The notes under the pieces were generated by a model. It was not told where the DNA came from and ran no database searches. It saw nothing but the letters and a program-made list of their open reading frames with translations. From Octopus vulgaris (Eukaryota), in contig OX597817.1 in assembly GCA_951406725.2 (NCBI GenBank), positions 140,120,001-140,184,000 of the forward strand: a stretch of DNA of 64,000 bases, given 5' to 3'. This document shows, piece after piece, positions 1 to 12,780 of the stretch (position 1 is the stretch's first letter; the number at the start of each line of letters is the position of its first letter). Position numbers and translations under genes: made by a program.

Positions 1-135
1 ACTTAATTTATCGACCCCGAAAGGATGAAAGGCAAAGTCAACCTCGGCGGAATTTGAACTCAGAACGTAACGGCAGACGAACTACGGCTACGCATTTCGC
101 CCGGCGTGCTAACGTTTCTGCCAGCCCGTCGCCTT
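1..135 (-). mobile_element. tRNA-derived SINE family 1, 5' part (cut by window edge)
   Basis: Reverse complement matches the head and GCCTTTCATCCTTTCGGGGTCGATAAATTAAGT domain of the copies at 23141, 34344, 39313 and 47609. Confidence 0.9.
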
Positions 136-180
136 CCCAGAAGAAATACCGCTAAGCATTTTGTTCGACACGCTATTGCG

Positions 181-489
181 CCTGGCAGCTCGCGAGACTG
201 TGGAAGACCAGGACAGCAATTACTCGTGTGGAAATTGGTGCTCTTGGCACACAACACCTAAAATACTATCGGAGAGTAGAAAAGAGACGAATTATTCTGC
301 ATTATACAAAAGAAAAACAACTACAAGGTATTTGGATCTGATAAAAATCCTAAAGCAGCGTCTATAATATGTAATAGGGACGCTTAAGATGCTAATAAAG
401 ATGTTTCATTGGACACTGACGGACCCGGTATTTAAAATAAAAATTCTTTTTTATGTGGTGAGATGAAGGGGCTTACTATCTCTAAATGA
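181..489 (+). mobile_element. R4/Dong LINE 3' relic
   Basis: Translates WQLARLWKTRTAITRVEIGALGT, matching the RLE C-terminus (cf. TRMWNLKTETIPIIVGA near 13930); followed by (AAT)n. Confidence 0.6.
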
Positions 490-493
490 ATAA

Positions 494-536
<43 letters not shown>

Positions 537-986
537 CAACAACAAGGGAACGCAACAACAAAGTAAAACTGATGTGTTGAACTCCGCTTTTGTGAATTGA
601 GAAGAGAATATTGTTTGATAAGAAGAAGAGACACCGAGTGGAAGGCAAGTCGAAAACATGATGAAAGCAAATATCCATCTCCTCCCCCTGTCTCCCCTCA
701 TTTCCCCTCCCTATCTCCTCCCCTTCTCCTCCTCCTCCTCCTCCTCCTCATCATCATCATCAGCATCATCATCAATGTCAGCAACAGCAAAAGCGGCAAA
801 GACATTAACAGCAGCAGCATTTAACCACGACGGCATCAACAAGAGGAAGAAGATAATGAAATATTGCACGAGAAAGAAAATGGAGGCAAAATTGTCCGGA
901 ACCTGCTATATACGTACATCCACCCATCCATACATACATACGTATATATATATATATGTATATATATATATGTATATATATGTATA

Positions 987-1043
<57 letters not shown>

Positions 1044-1048
1044 GTATA

Positions 1049-1127
<79 letters not shown>

Positions 1128-1526
1128 GTATATATAGAGATAGGTATGTGTGTATATATATATGTATATATGTATGTATATGTAATACACGTATGTATAA
1201 TAGATATGTGTACGTGTACGGAACATGCCAAATTTATATGTACGAGGAAGCAATATAATGGATGAGAGAAGATTACTAAATAATACAGTTGTTAGGATAT
1301 GTGAGAGACTGGCGATGGAATCAGCAATTGAGACGTTAGAATATTAAATAGAATGCTTAGAGAATTGGCGAGGAAAAGTTCCTGATCGGAAGACAAAACA
1401 ATTGGTGAAGAGATTCTTGTAAAACAAAACGAAAAGATACAGCTACATAATGCATGCATGCATATATACACACATACATACATACATGCATGCATACACA
1501 CACACATACATACATACATACATACA

Positions 1527-1557
<31 letters not shown>

Positions 1558-1635
1558 TATATACATATAAATAATATATATATAAATATACATTTGCATA
1601 CATATGTATATATGTGTATATATATATATATATAA

Positions 1636-2029
1636 CTAGCAGTATCGCCCGGCGTTGCTCGGGTTTGTAAGGGAAATAACTATATAAGCATTTTTAGAGA
1701 TGTAAAGTATAATAGCCATCTCAATATGGCTAACAACAAAGGGGGGGGGGGTTACTGTAGCTTTTTACGTTCTGAGATTTAATAATAAATTTTTAGAGAG
1801 TTACTTCCCTTATATATGCCAAAAATGCATTAAAATGGGAAAAATTGATGGTAATTTTTTTAAATCGTAGACTCATCGTAGACGCGCGCTAATACCCAGA
1901 AGGGCTCGATATGAATCACGACTATAAGATACCCGGTTTTGGTTAAACTGCACCGCAAAATGTGGGAGTAGTTAGGAATCTAAATCGTAGGAGACAGACA
2001 GCACACAACCTCACTTTTATATATAAAGA
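1636..2029 (-). mobile_element. Non-autonomous Helitron
   Basis: On the minus strand it starts TC and ends with hairpin CCCGAGCAACGCCGGG plus CTAG; inserted between A and T in a (TA)n run. Confidence 0.85.
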
Positions 2030-2040
2030 TATATATATAT

Positions 2041-2260
2041 TCTTTTGTTCTTTCATTTGTTTCATTCATTTGACTACGGCCATACTGGAGCCCCACCTTC
2101 AGTTGAACACATCGACACCAGGACTTATTCTTTGTAAACCTAGTACTTATTCTATCGGATCTCTTTTGCAGAGCCACTAAGTTACGGGGACGTAAACACA
2201 CCAATATCGGATGTCAAGCGATGGTGGGGGACAAACACAGACACGCAAAGTATACTTATA
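2041..2260 (-). mobile_element. SINE family 2, 3' part
   Basis: Similar to 17945-18150. Confidence 0.8.
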
Positions 2261-2407
2261 CATAAATACATACATACATTCATACATACATACAAACATA
2301 CATAAAGGCATGCAAGCATGCATACATACATACATACATACACACATACATAATACATACTTACATACATATATATATATTTATATATATATATATTTAT
2401 ATATATA

Positions 2408-3045
2408 CTAGCAGTATCGCCCGGCGTTGCTCGGGTTTGTAAGGGAAATAACTATATAAGCATTTTTAGAGAGTTATAGCCAAAAAATAGCAAAAAATGC
2501 ATTAAAAATGGAAAAAATATGATGGTAAATTTTTTTTTAAATCGTTGACTCATCATAGACATTTTTAGAGAGTTACTTCCCTTATATAATAGCGAAAAAA
2601 TGCATTAAAATGGAAAAAAAAACGATGGTAAATTTTTTTTTAAATCGTAGACTCATGTAGACGCTTTCTTAGCCATTTCTGTTTTGGTGTCTTCAAGCCA
2701 TGAAGTCGTTGTTCTAAAAGAACACTGGTCTCCTTGACAACGCATTACGACGTTGATTTCCTTACACTCCCTTCCCCACAGGTGCAGGTGTGAGCGTGGA
2801 CGCCAACTCCGCCGCCATCGACACCCGAAAAATTATGCATTAAAATGGAATAAAAAATGATGTTAAATTATTTTAAAAATCGTAGACTCATCGTAGACGC
2901 GCGCTAATATTCAGACGGGCTCGATATGAATCACAACTATAAGCTACCCGAATTTGGTTAAACTGTACCGCAAAATGTGGGAGTAGTTAGGAATCTAAAT
3001 CGAAGGGGACAGACACTCACACAACTACAGTTTTATATATATAGA
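2408..3045 (-). mobile_element. Non-autonomous Helitron, same family as 1636-2029
   Basis: Identical terminal ~60 bp, TC...hairpin-CTAG ends, three internal AAAATGCATTAAAATGG...AAATCGTAGACTCAT subrepeats. Confidence 0.85.
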
Positions 3046-3099
3046 TATACATAGCGCAGTAGTGGTGAGATATGACAGCAAAGAAAAGCATACATTCAC

Positions 3100-3352
3100 T
3101 CTCTGCATGCAATTAGACTCGGAAAATTCGTGAGGAACCCATTGACCCAATTTGCTGACTTTTCCGATAGCACACAGGTCTCAATGAATGGTTGAATGAC
3201 CAAATCCAAGCTTCTCTGCTAGTTCCTCAACAGTTACGATGATATTTTGTTCCACCAGGGTTTTCAGGATGTCCTTGTCGAGTTCTACAGATCTTTCAGG
3301 ATGAGGCTCGTCTTCTAGGCTGTAGTTTATGGCTCAGGATTTCTGGAACCAC
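3100..3352 (-). pseudogene. mariner transposase N-terminal relic
   Basis: Translates (frameshifted) SLEDEPHPERSVELDKDILKTLVEQN...EELAEKLGFGHSTIH...GKVSKLGQWVPHE; WVPHEL-type motif. Confidence 0.85.
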
Positions 3353-4196
3353 CATTGACACTGCCTTACGCTTATTGTCCAATCCCCATATACTGCATTA
3401 ATATTTCTTGTACTTTGCACACATTTATATTCTGTTATTCTTTTATATGTTTCAGCCTTGAGGTTGTGGCCATGCTGGATCATGTGTGTGTGTGTGTGTG
3501 TGTGTGTCTATATGTCTGTCTGTCTGTATGTATATATGTATATGTATGTGTGTGAACAATAATATTTTCAACAGATGTGTTGCAAATGTATCTGATTGTT
3601 CTCAAGCTTCAATACTGTGTGTGTGTGTATGTGTGTGTGTGTATGTATGTATGTATATGTATGTATGTATGTATATGTATGTATGTGTGTGTGTATGTAT
3701 GTGTGTGTGTATGTATGTGTGTGTGTATGTGTGTATGTATGTATGTATGTATGTATGTATGTATGTATGAGTGTATGTTTACTTTATTACTAATTACTCT
3801 CTTCCAAGAACATTTTCACTCACTCTTAGCTCTTAGCTTCCCATACATTTTACTCATGTATCTATCATCGTCATAGACAGAATACTTTCACTTTAGTCTT
3901 CCTCAAATCACTCTGTCCGCTATTTACTTTCATTTTATTCGTTGCCCACTGTGTGTGTGCGTTTGCGTGTGGTGTAAACCAGACTAAGAAAAGCATTTGA
4001 CACACACACCAGAATGTGAGTTTTCTGTAAATTTTGCTTAATTGGAGTTTAAATTTTAAAAACTGGACCTGGCATGACGCGATGCATTGTACTCTTAAAA
4101 ATGCCAGGTAAATTGTAATTGAAGAAATCCTATATTGTAGATTTGTATAACTCCCAAAGGGAGGCAGATAAAATCTGCCTTTTATAATAAGAGATA

Positions 4197-4246
<50 letters not shown>

Positions 4247-4250
4247 CATG

Positions 4251-4333
<83 letters not shown>

Positions 4334-4511
4334 CGTTTATATATTTGTTTTGCAAGATTTTTGATGTGAAATCGTGTGTTGAAACAAATATTGTTGTATT
4401 TAGGAATGGTCATTTTGCCAGTTTAGCCAATAAAAACTCACGCACTATATATTTGATGTTACTTTCCTTCAGCGTTATTTATTTTTAACATTAATCTTAA
4501 TCTTATTTCGG

Positions 4512-4551
4512 CCAGAGTTCTTTCGTCACACTTCTGTGACCTCATCAGTGG
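4512..4551 (-). ncRNA. Type I hammerhead ribozyme motif in a Penelope-like terminal repeat relic (~4330-4780)
   Basis: cca-CTGATGA-g-gtcac-agaagt-gtgac-GAAA-gaac-TC-tgg. Confidence 0.7.
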
Positions 4552-4789
4552 TCCTTTGCTTTCTTCTTTCTTATTTGTGTGTCTCTCCTTACTAACGGAC
4601 AGCCATTTTGTATTTTGTATTCCTATTGTATGTGTCTTCATTTGCGCATGCGTATACCTATAGTTAGTGTGTTGTGTGGGGGAGTGTCTGTAATATTTGT
4701 ATCTCCTGTTTATATACGTTCGTGTAATTTGTTTTTGTTATTGTTTATTTTTAGTTTGTTCATGTGTTTACACCTACTTATTATTATTA

Positions 4790-4851
<62 letters not shown>

Positions 4852-4923
4852 TTATTATTATTATTATTTTAACTATATGCATTAAAAAAATAATAATAAT
4901 AATAAAAATATAATAATAATAAT

Positions 4924-5240
4924 AGAGACAGAAGCACTCATATGCGCAGCTCAGGAACAAGCGTTAAGGATCAACTATATCAATCCAGTGCAGATTAGAC
5001 AATACTACCGATAGCGACAAATGCAGAATGGGTGGTGAGAAGGGTGAAATGGTATGGCACATAGTTAGCGAATGCCCGAAACAGGCACATCGCGAATATA
5101 AAAGACGGCATGACAATGTGGAAAGAATGATCCATTGAAAATTCTCTGAAAATTACAGCCCACAAAGAGCAAAGACGTGGTATCAGCAAACTCCAGAAGG
5201 AGTCACCGAAAATGAAAATTGCAAAATCCTGTGCGATGTC
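4924..5240 (+). mobile_element. R4/Dong LINE fragment
   Basis: ETEALICAAQEQAL...KCRMGGEKGEMVWHIVSECP...YKRRHD...WYQQTPEGVTENENCKIL; preceded by (AAT)n. Confidence 0.85.
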
Positions 5241-6153
5241 ATATTTTTGACTAATGAGTATATGTCAATTAGCGTGTTGATGTGCTGAGTAAAGCACTGG
5301 CACAGTTATGGGCCACCTGGTGTTATTCGGAGTTGGGGTATATTTCTGTTGGGTCTACTTCAGGAATTACGCAGTATTACTTGAGATAATAATGGATTAA
5401 GTGAACAAAAGATGGAATTCTTCATTTTGATCAACGATCGTTTCGACCGAAATAATGACCGTCGAACAAAATAGGGAATAGCAGGAGTGAGGTGTTCAAT
5501 CCTTACCCGCATGAATGGAAGTAAATTCTATCGTATCTGCGCGTGCCACTATGACTGCAACGACAAGTCCCCTGCCTCAACCTTCAGCAAATGACCTTCC
5601 ACCAATGACAATGAGTATGTCAAAAAGAGTTTGACCAAGACAAATACCAATGTATCCATGTACACACATACATACCCCTATAAGGCTGACATCCCGCATA
5701 TAACAATCTCCCACCACCTCAACACATACCCCCTCACACAAATTGTACCCCTGCATATACACAAACCTCACACATATTACACATTACACACCACACGCTA
5801 ATATTAAAAACCCACAACTTCCTTCTTTACAAAGAGAAAACAGACCAATGAGCACAGCTATATATACCTACATCCCCGGAAAAGAATTATACGTATGATA
5901 CCGCTACACATACAATACACTCCATACCCCGCAGGGAGACCACATTAATAGTACACACTTTCCTCACTTCAAGATGACACTTGCCAGCTTCACAACATAC
6001 CCAACCAAGGGGCATAACTTCTGGCGTAATTCCTTGCCCCATTTTTCGTTTCACTACTTTTTTCACAGCAGCCGCTGACCGGTTTTACTAATCTACCCCC
6101 CGACAATAGAGAAAAGTGGCCATATTCCCTTCCATGTTTAACCCTAACCCTAA

Positions 6154-6229
6154 CTCTGATGAGCGTGATTATGTAATTGGATTGTTAACTAACACTCCAT
6201 TGTACTTTTGCGCGAAACCGATTGGTAAG
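6154..6229 (+). ncRNA. Hammerhead motif with weak stem I at the end of a Penelope-like relic
   Basis: ct-CTGATGA-gcg...cgc-GAAA-cc-gatt-gg-TA-ag; (TA)n begins about 40 bp downstream. Confidence 0.55.
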
Positions 6230-6290
6230 ACCAGCTGTGATGGATACTCAATACTATAAAGTTCGGACAATATATATATATATATATATA

Positions 6291-6422
6291 GGCACAGGCA
6301 TGGATGGTGTGTAGTAAGAAGCTTGCTTCCTAACCACGCGCGCGAGTCTCTTCTACTATAGCTATGGACCGACCAACGCCTTGTGAGTGAATTTGGTAGA
6401 TAGAAACTGAAAGAAGCTCGTC

Positions 6423-6493
<71 letters not shown>

Positions 6494-6720
6494 ATGTGTG
6501 TGTTTGTGTCTGCGTTTGTCCCTCTGCATCACCGTTTGGCAACCGGTGTTGGTGTGTTTACGTCCCCGTCACTTAGCGGTTCGGCCAAAAGACCAATAGA
6601 ATAAGTACCAGGCTTTAAAAAAATAAGTGCTGGGGTCGATTTGTTTGACTAAAACCCTTCAATACGGTGCTCCAGCATGGCCGCAGTCAAATGACTGAAA
6701 CAAGTAAAAGAATAAAAGAA
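6291..6720 (+). mobile_element. SINE family 2 with internal (TA)n/(TG)n
   Basis: Reverse complement of the copies at 17945 and 19586; GTAAAAGAATAAAAG tail. Confidence 0.85.
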
Positions 6721-6992
6721 AATATGTATGTTACGGCAGTATCAGTGCCCAGCGGTGATTAGGCCTACGCGAGGTTTAAGGTTAGTTAAAATATGGTTAT
6801 GGCATATTTCAGCTTCTAAAGGCAGATTCACTGCAGTTATCGTGGACCAAAGAATTCTTTCTTAGTATAAAAAGGTATAAAAACACCATATCTGTTCACT
6901 ACTGCCCCTATTGGATTCCCAGATACGTTTCTAACCTTGAGATTTTGAAATATGTCACAAACATATTTTAATTAACTTAATGTTCGCTCGCG

Positions 6993-7060
<68 letters not shown>

Positions 7061-7809
7061 CATATATACATATATGATAGCAAAAATACACCTGCTTTGA
7101 GTTCCGCTTCCGGCGTTTTTTGTATGTTTGTACGTTAGCGCACGTTCTCTCTGACATCCTTACAAACGCAAACACACACCCGGAGGAAGTTCTTAAGCAA
7201 GTAACCAATACATAGATATGAAATAGTAAACCACACACAATTGCGTTTAAGAAATCTGCACCCTCCCCACACCACCATCACCATCACCACTACCGCCACC
7301 ACCACCACCTCGACTCCCCCCCTCCAATAACAACCAATACCACGATCCTATGTGCACTGCTTGCTCTTCTTCATTCGCCATTAAACTTTCATTAGACAGC
7401 CATAAAAAGATTGAATGTAAAATCCAAAGAATAGATTCTGCACAATTTCTCTTTGATTCTTCAATGGAACTTAAAGATTACACAATTTATTGGAAATAAA
7501 AGAGAGAGAAAAAAAAAAGGAAAACACAAATTAATCAACAAAAACAAATAAAATAATTAAAAAGAACGAAAAGAAATTTAAAAAAGAAAGACGGCAAGGA
7601 ACTTGCGCAAACGTAAATGTAATAAATATTTTGTAATTTAAACTAACAGAAATTTCACAGATCAGCAGAGAAAAAGTTTAATTATTTTAAAAGAGACCAG
7701 AAGAAATGATTGGAACGGTTTTAAAGAGAAACAAATATGGTGGAATTTAATGAGAAAATTCCTCTGCATTGGGAAGCAATTCACAGCTGAAAGAAGAAGA
7801 TTATAATAT

Positions 7810-7885
7810 GTCATCATCATCATCATCATCGTCGTCGTCGTCGTCATCATCATCACCATCACCATCATCATCATCATCATCATCG

Positions 7886-7918
<33 letters not shown>

Positions 7919-8082
7919 CCATCGCCATCATCATCATCACCATTATCACCATCATCATCATCACCATCATCATCACCATCACCATCATCACCATCATCAC
8001 CATCACCATCATCCCCATCACCACCGCCATCATCATCATCACCATCGTTGTCGTCGTCGTCGTTGTCTTCCTCTTCCTCCTC
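7810..8082. repeat. Imperfect (CAT/CAC/CGT)n microsatellite
   Basis: Directly visible. Confidence 0.95.
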
Positions 8083-8739
8083 AAACTATCTACTCTCCCT
8101 GTCTTCGTATTTTTGTTGTTTTGTTGCTACCACTACTAATTTTGTTTTTGTTGTTATTTCTGCTGTTGTTGCTGTCGCCGTCGTCGTTGTCGCTATGGTA
8201 TATACAATCTTAAATCAGACCTGCCTCCGTTCTCTAAGCACCGCTCATCCATGATCTGGTACACAGATTAATCACAAAAGAGTCTTCTTCAGCCACGACC
8301 ATCCCATCTGGCTTGTTTTAAACGGGGGTGAATTTGAAGGGGATTTGGCTGCTATTTCTAGCAGGCCGACTAACCATATCGAGACTCCATTGTTATTAAC
8401 GTCGTTTCTCGAGTTGCTATGACTACAATTCTTATTGCTTTTGTTATTGTGTAGCTACAGATAATCTCTGACGAGCAGATATTCCATCCATGACCATCAT
8501 GTCCTACCATGTGTAAGTCTACGTTATGCAATGTGTCCTTCTTTTCATGACCGCAGATTTTGTTCTTCTTTCCAGAAGGTTCAGTGAACACCAAGGGACT
8601 GTCACTCGCTTGAAATTTGAATACTGCCGCTGTTGTTGGTGTTATTGCTGTTGTTGTTGTTGTTGTTGTCGTCGTCGCTGTAGTTGTGCTACTGTTGTTG
8701 CAGTTGCTGTCATTTGTTGTTCATACTGTTGTCGCAGTT

Positions 8740-8928
8740 GCTGCTGTTGCTGTTGCTGTTGAGCGTAGCGGTCTTCGTCCAATGGGAGAAGTTCAAAACG
8801 TGGTCCTTTGCTACTCGTAAGACCAGCAGAAGAGAAAGCATCGACGGATGGATGAATGCGAATCCAGGCTCAGCGGGTGCGTAGGAAGTCGGGGACAGGA
8901 AACAGGAAGAAAGAGTGAGAGAAAGTTG
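8740..8928 (-). mobile_element. SINE family 3, 3' part
   Basis: Reverse complement of ~19333-19530 with (CAG/CAA)n tail. Confidence 0.8.
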
Positions 8929-9233
8929 AATCTTGATTTATGACCCTGCAACTTAAACTGTTTTTTTTTACTCTATCCATAAAAGATAGATTCTAGTTTC
9001 CATTTAAACTTGATAAACTAGCCTATAAAATCCTCACCCCACACAGTAATAAATCTAAATAACAAAGTAAAATCAATGATAAGCGGTATCTTTCTGTGAA
9101 AAAATATAAGTTACTACTATGATATTGCTGATGAAACTTGTTTTTTGTCTATCTACTTATCCTCTTTGTGATTTTGGTTAATAGAATAACTATACAAATG
9201 AATCCTTTGAATTTAACTAAATTCTATATTTTT

Positions 9234-9323
9234 ATGCAGCTGAAGATTGCTCTACATTTTAAAACTGATGTAATATTTGCATTGTTCAATTAAATGGAGT
9301 CGCATGAAACGATCGTACTGCAT
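9234..9323 (+). ncRNA. Type I hammerhead ribozyme with long stem II
   Basis: atgcag-CTGAAGA-ttgc...gcat-GAAA-cgatcg-TA-ctgcat: 6-bp stem I, palindromic stem III, GUA site at 9315-9317. Confidence 0.85.
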
Positions 9324-9351
9324 TACCTCTGGATATCCTTGTTGCTTATTT

Positions 9352-9455
<104 letters not shown>

Positions 9456-9545
9456 GCATACATACATATATACACGTGTATACGTGTGCTCGTACGTGCA
9501 TGTTTGTGTATTTACTATACTTTCCCGTCTGCCGACTTCACTCAC

Positions 9546-9741
9546 AGACGATGTTTTTGTAAAATGAAGTCAAAATTCCTTGACCTTGATATCGCAGAGA
9601 ATTGGTATCTCAGAGAACAGGAAGAGATTATTTTCGAATCGGAGGTAGCGATGGTGATGTCGGAGGTGGTGCGGGAGGCGTCTTTGCCTGATGCCTTCAA
9701 TGTAGTATGGAGTGTAATGGAGCAGAAGATATTAATAAGAA
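9546..9741 (-). CDS. Candidate internal exon of an unidentified gene
   Basis: Acceptor attatttctctcttgccAG, donor GTGAGT; only one frame open: [27 protein letters not shown]...[11 protein letters not shown]. Confidence 0.5.
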
Positions 9742-9840
9742 CTGGCAAGAGAGAAATAATGAGATGTGTGTCTTTTTGTTCGACTCATAGTAAACAAGTG
9801 AGAGTTTAAGTCGGAAAAACACTCTTACGCTTACACACAT

Positions 9841-9889
<49 letters not shown>

Positions 9890-10088
9890 CTTGCTATAAA
9901 AATGGTTTTCTGTGCAAGAAATGAAAAATGGAAACGAAAAGATTAGAAGCGAAAAGAAAAACTTTTACACAATAAAACATCAAAATAACAACGATGCACT
10001 CTTATTCATTTTATTTTATTTTAAATTACTGTATGCAGTCTGATCAATAAAATTAGAGACCATTATATATATGTGGTGTGTGTGTTTT

Positions 10089-10132
<44 letters not shown>

Positions 10133-10228
10133 TGTGTGTTGAAACATGAAATAAAAGTACAAGTTTTGTATATGTATGTATGTATGTATGTATATATATA
10201 TATATGTTTATATGTATATGTATGTATA

Positions 10229-10296
<68 letters not shown>

Positions 10297-11014
10297 GAGG
10301 AAGAAAGAGAGAGAGAGAGAGAGAGAGAATTTAGCTTTCCTGTTAAACCTGTTTTAGAATTACGACTATGTTATAATTGAAACTTTTTTTTTATTAAAAT
10401 CTCATATCTCAGAGTTTATTTGGAACAATAAAAACTCCAAAAATCATTTTCATCAACGTTTCCACACTATCTCACTCTCATCTTCAGGATGTCGACTTGC
10501 TTTCTGTGTTGCTATTTTTTCTACAGTAGGCGCTGTATAGTTACACAGATTTCCCTGCTTAAATGTGCCTTTTCCAGCGGCCATGTGAAGCAAAGATACA
10601 AATTCAGAATGATCGATGGAATTTTGTAATTTCACTGTAAAAGTTAAAGCTGCAAACTTCACAAACCACAGTTCTTACATTGGCTGGACAAGTCCAAAAC
10701 TCTTTCGTATGATCACTTACATTTAGAATAAGGGATAATTGTAACATTACAGCATACATCATGCAGCAAAGTGAAATAAAACATTATCAGACAATACCTC
10801 CAAACTTTAGAGACGCCACCACAGAAATAGAAGACTGATATTGCAATACAATGCTACATTTAACATGTAACATATACATGTCACAAACTCAGATAATTTG
10901 ATGACGTAGAATACTAACGCGCTGCTTGTCTAGTTCTAGCGTGATCTACAAGTGAGATCACATAGCGTGAAACTTGATTGGAGAGATTAAAATTTTGCTT
11001 ATACATATATATAT

Positions 11015-11182
11015 TAGCCACTATACACATTTTTTTCTCTCCTTGTTTTTTCTGTGTCCCTTTCTGTAGAAGAGCATAGGCTCGAAACGTAAAATACTTT
11101 TTCTATTCCTGAGCGTTATACTAATACATCTGCTTGTTTTGTACACCACCTGTCTTCGTCTTTTGTTTTTTTCGTAAACTCT

Positions 11183-11186
<4 letters not shown>
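11015..11186 (+). mobile_element. Short (TA)n-flanked hammerhead element, family B
   Basis: ttt-CTGTAGA-a-gagc-atag-gctc-GAAACGTA-aaa at 11061-11094; near-identical to 35176-35337. Confidence 0.8.
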
Positions 11187-11214
<28 letters not shown>

Positions 11215-11218
<4 letters not shown>

Positions 11219-11846
11219 TGAAGTATATTTGCCACCTAATTGTGGCTAACCCTTAAAGGTTGATGCTACTGTAGCTTTTAGCCCCAGGAAGACATCTCCT
11301 CCAGCTGTCTATTGACACACTTTCTGTGCTCTATCAGTATTTACAAAGGAAATTCCTCTTTCCCATCCCGAGCCTGACATGATATACACGGACCCGGGTT
11401 TCTGAGTAATGACCTGTAATCAGCGTATGACAACCCCTGGCTGGCGATAAGAAGTGGTTCTCAATGAAAATATACATATATACTTTTTCCGGTGACGAAA
11501 TGTCACTGATTTCGAAAAATTGGGAACAAGCAATAATAAATCTCCGAGCGATTTCGAAATCAGTGACTTTTCGTCACCGGAAAAAGTATATAAATTTGCA
11601 TTGAGAACCACTTCCCAATAGCCAGAAACTCGGATCCGTGTGTTTCACGTCAGGCTGGAGAGGAGAAAGATGACTTCCCTTTGCAAATACTGATAGGGCA
11701 TAGAAAGTGCCAATAGCCAGCTGGAGAAGATGTCTTCCTGGGGCTGCAAGCTACAGTAGCATCGACCCTTAAGAGTTATCCACATTTAGGTGGCAAATAT
11801 ACTTAACGATGTCGAACAGCTACTGTTTATAACTCGCTCGGAGATT

Positions 11847-11851
<5 letters not shown>
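11215..11851. mobile_element. MITE-like element (~11535-11851) plus adjacent inverted copy (11215-11517)
   Basis: 17-bp TIR AATAAATCTCCGAGCGA/TCGCTCGGAGATTTATT; its interior is the reverse complement of 11215-11517. Confidence 0.75.
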
Positions 11852-11903
<52 letters not shown>

Positions 11904-12699
11904 ATGTATGTGTCTGTGTATTTGTGTGAGTCAATGTAACATTATAGATCGTTTCACATTAAATTCAAGAATTTTTGGAATTTGAGGTTTTGTATCCGTT
12001 TATCGATCAGAAGTCCGAGGTTTGCTTACCTTTTCGATCGTAAATCACCTACGTAAACCAGGTAAGTGATACTTTCAGGAGTGGGGAATTTTATTTTATT
12101 TTGTTCGAATCTGACCAGTCAAGGTCAGGAAAACAAAGTTTGTTATTATTTCTCTTTTTTTTTCTTGCTGATAATTTTAATTTTTGTTTTGTCACCACGT
12201 ACCATGTGTTAGAATGAGTTCGACAGCATTGGACCTCAGCAAAGCCGACAACACTAGAAGCATCAACTTTAAAATACACAGAAACCAGCTGAGTATGAAG
12301 AAATTAAAACAATGCTCGTTGCATGGAATATGGCCGAAGGATCAGTGCTAAACATTCTGATTGCAGAGACTCTGAAGAGTTTTGATTTTCGCGAAACCAT
12401 GGCTGAAATCGAAAGGAAAAGGAACGAATTCATTCGTTCCAATTCCCTGATTGAACCACATATGGAACTACTAGTTAATATCCTCAAACAGGGGAAAAAA
12501 GCACAAGGCGAATAATAATAATAATAATAATATTTTTTTAAATTTATGTATTAGACATTCACTAGAACAACACAACCTCCCCCAAATATATGGCACACTA
12601 GGCATAACAACAACGTGAACTTCCAACCTGTTGTCTCTTGAGGTCTCTGGGTTAGACTTGGAGCCAACTTGTACAGACATAAAGCAAAAGTCAAACATA

Positions 12700-12778
<79 letters not shown>

Positions 12779-12780
<2 letters not shown>

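Noticed and set aside
10453-10662. 69-aa minus-strand ORF
   Set aside because: It overlaps a degenerate hammerhead (catc-CTGAAGA...GAAACGTT-gatg, 10451-10491) and is probably a repeat relic
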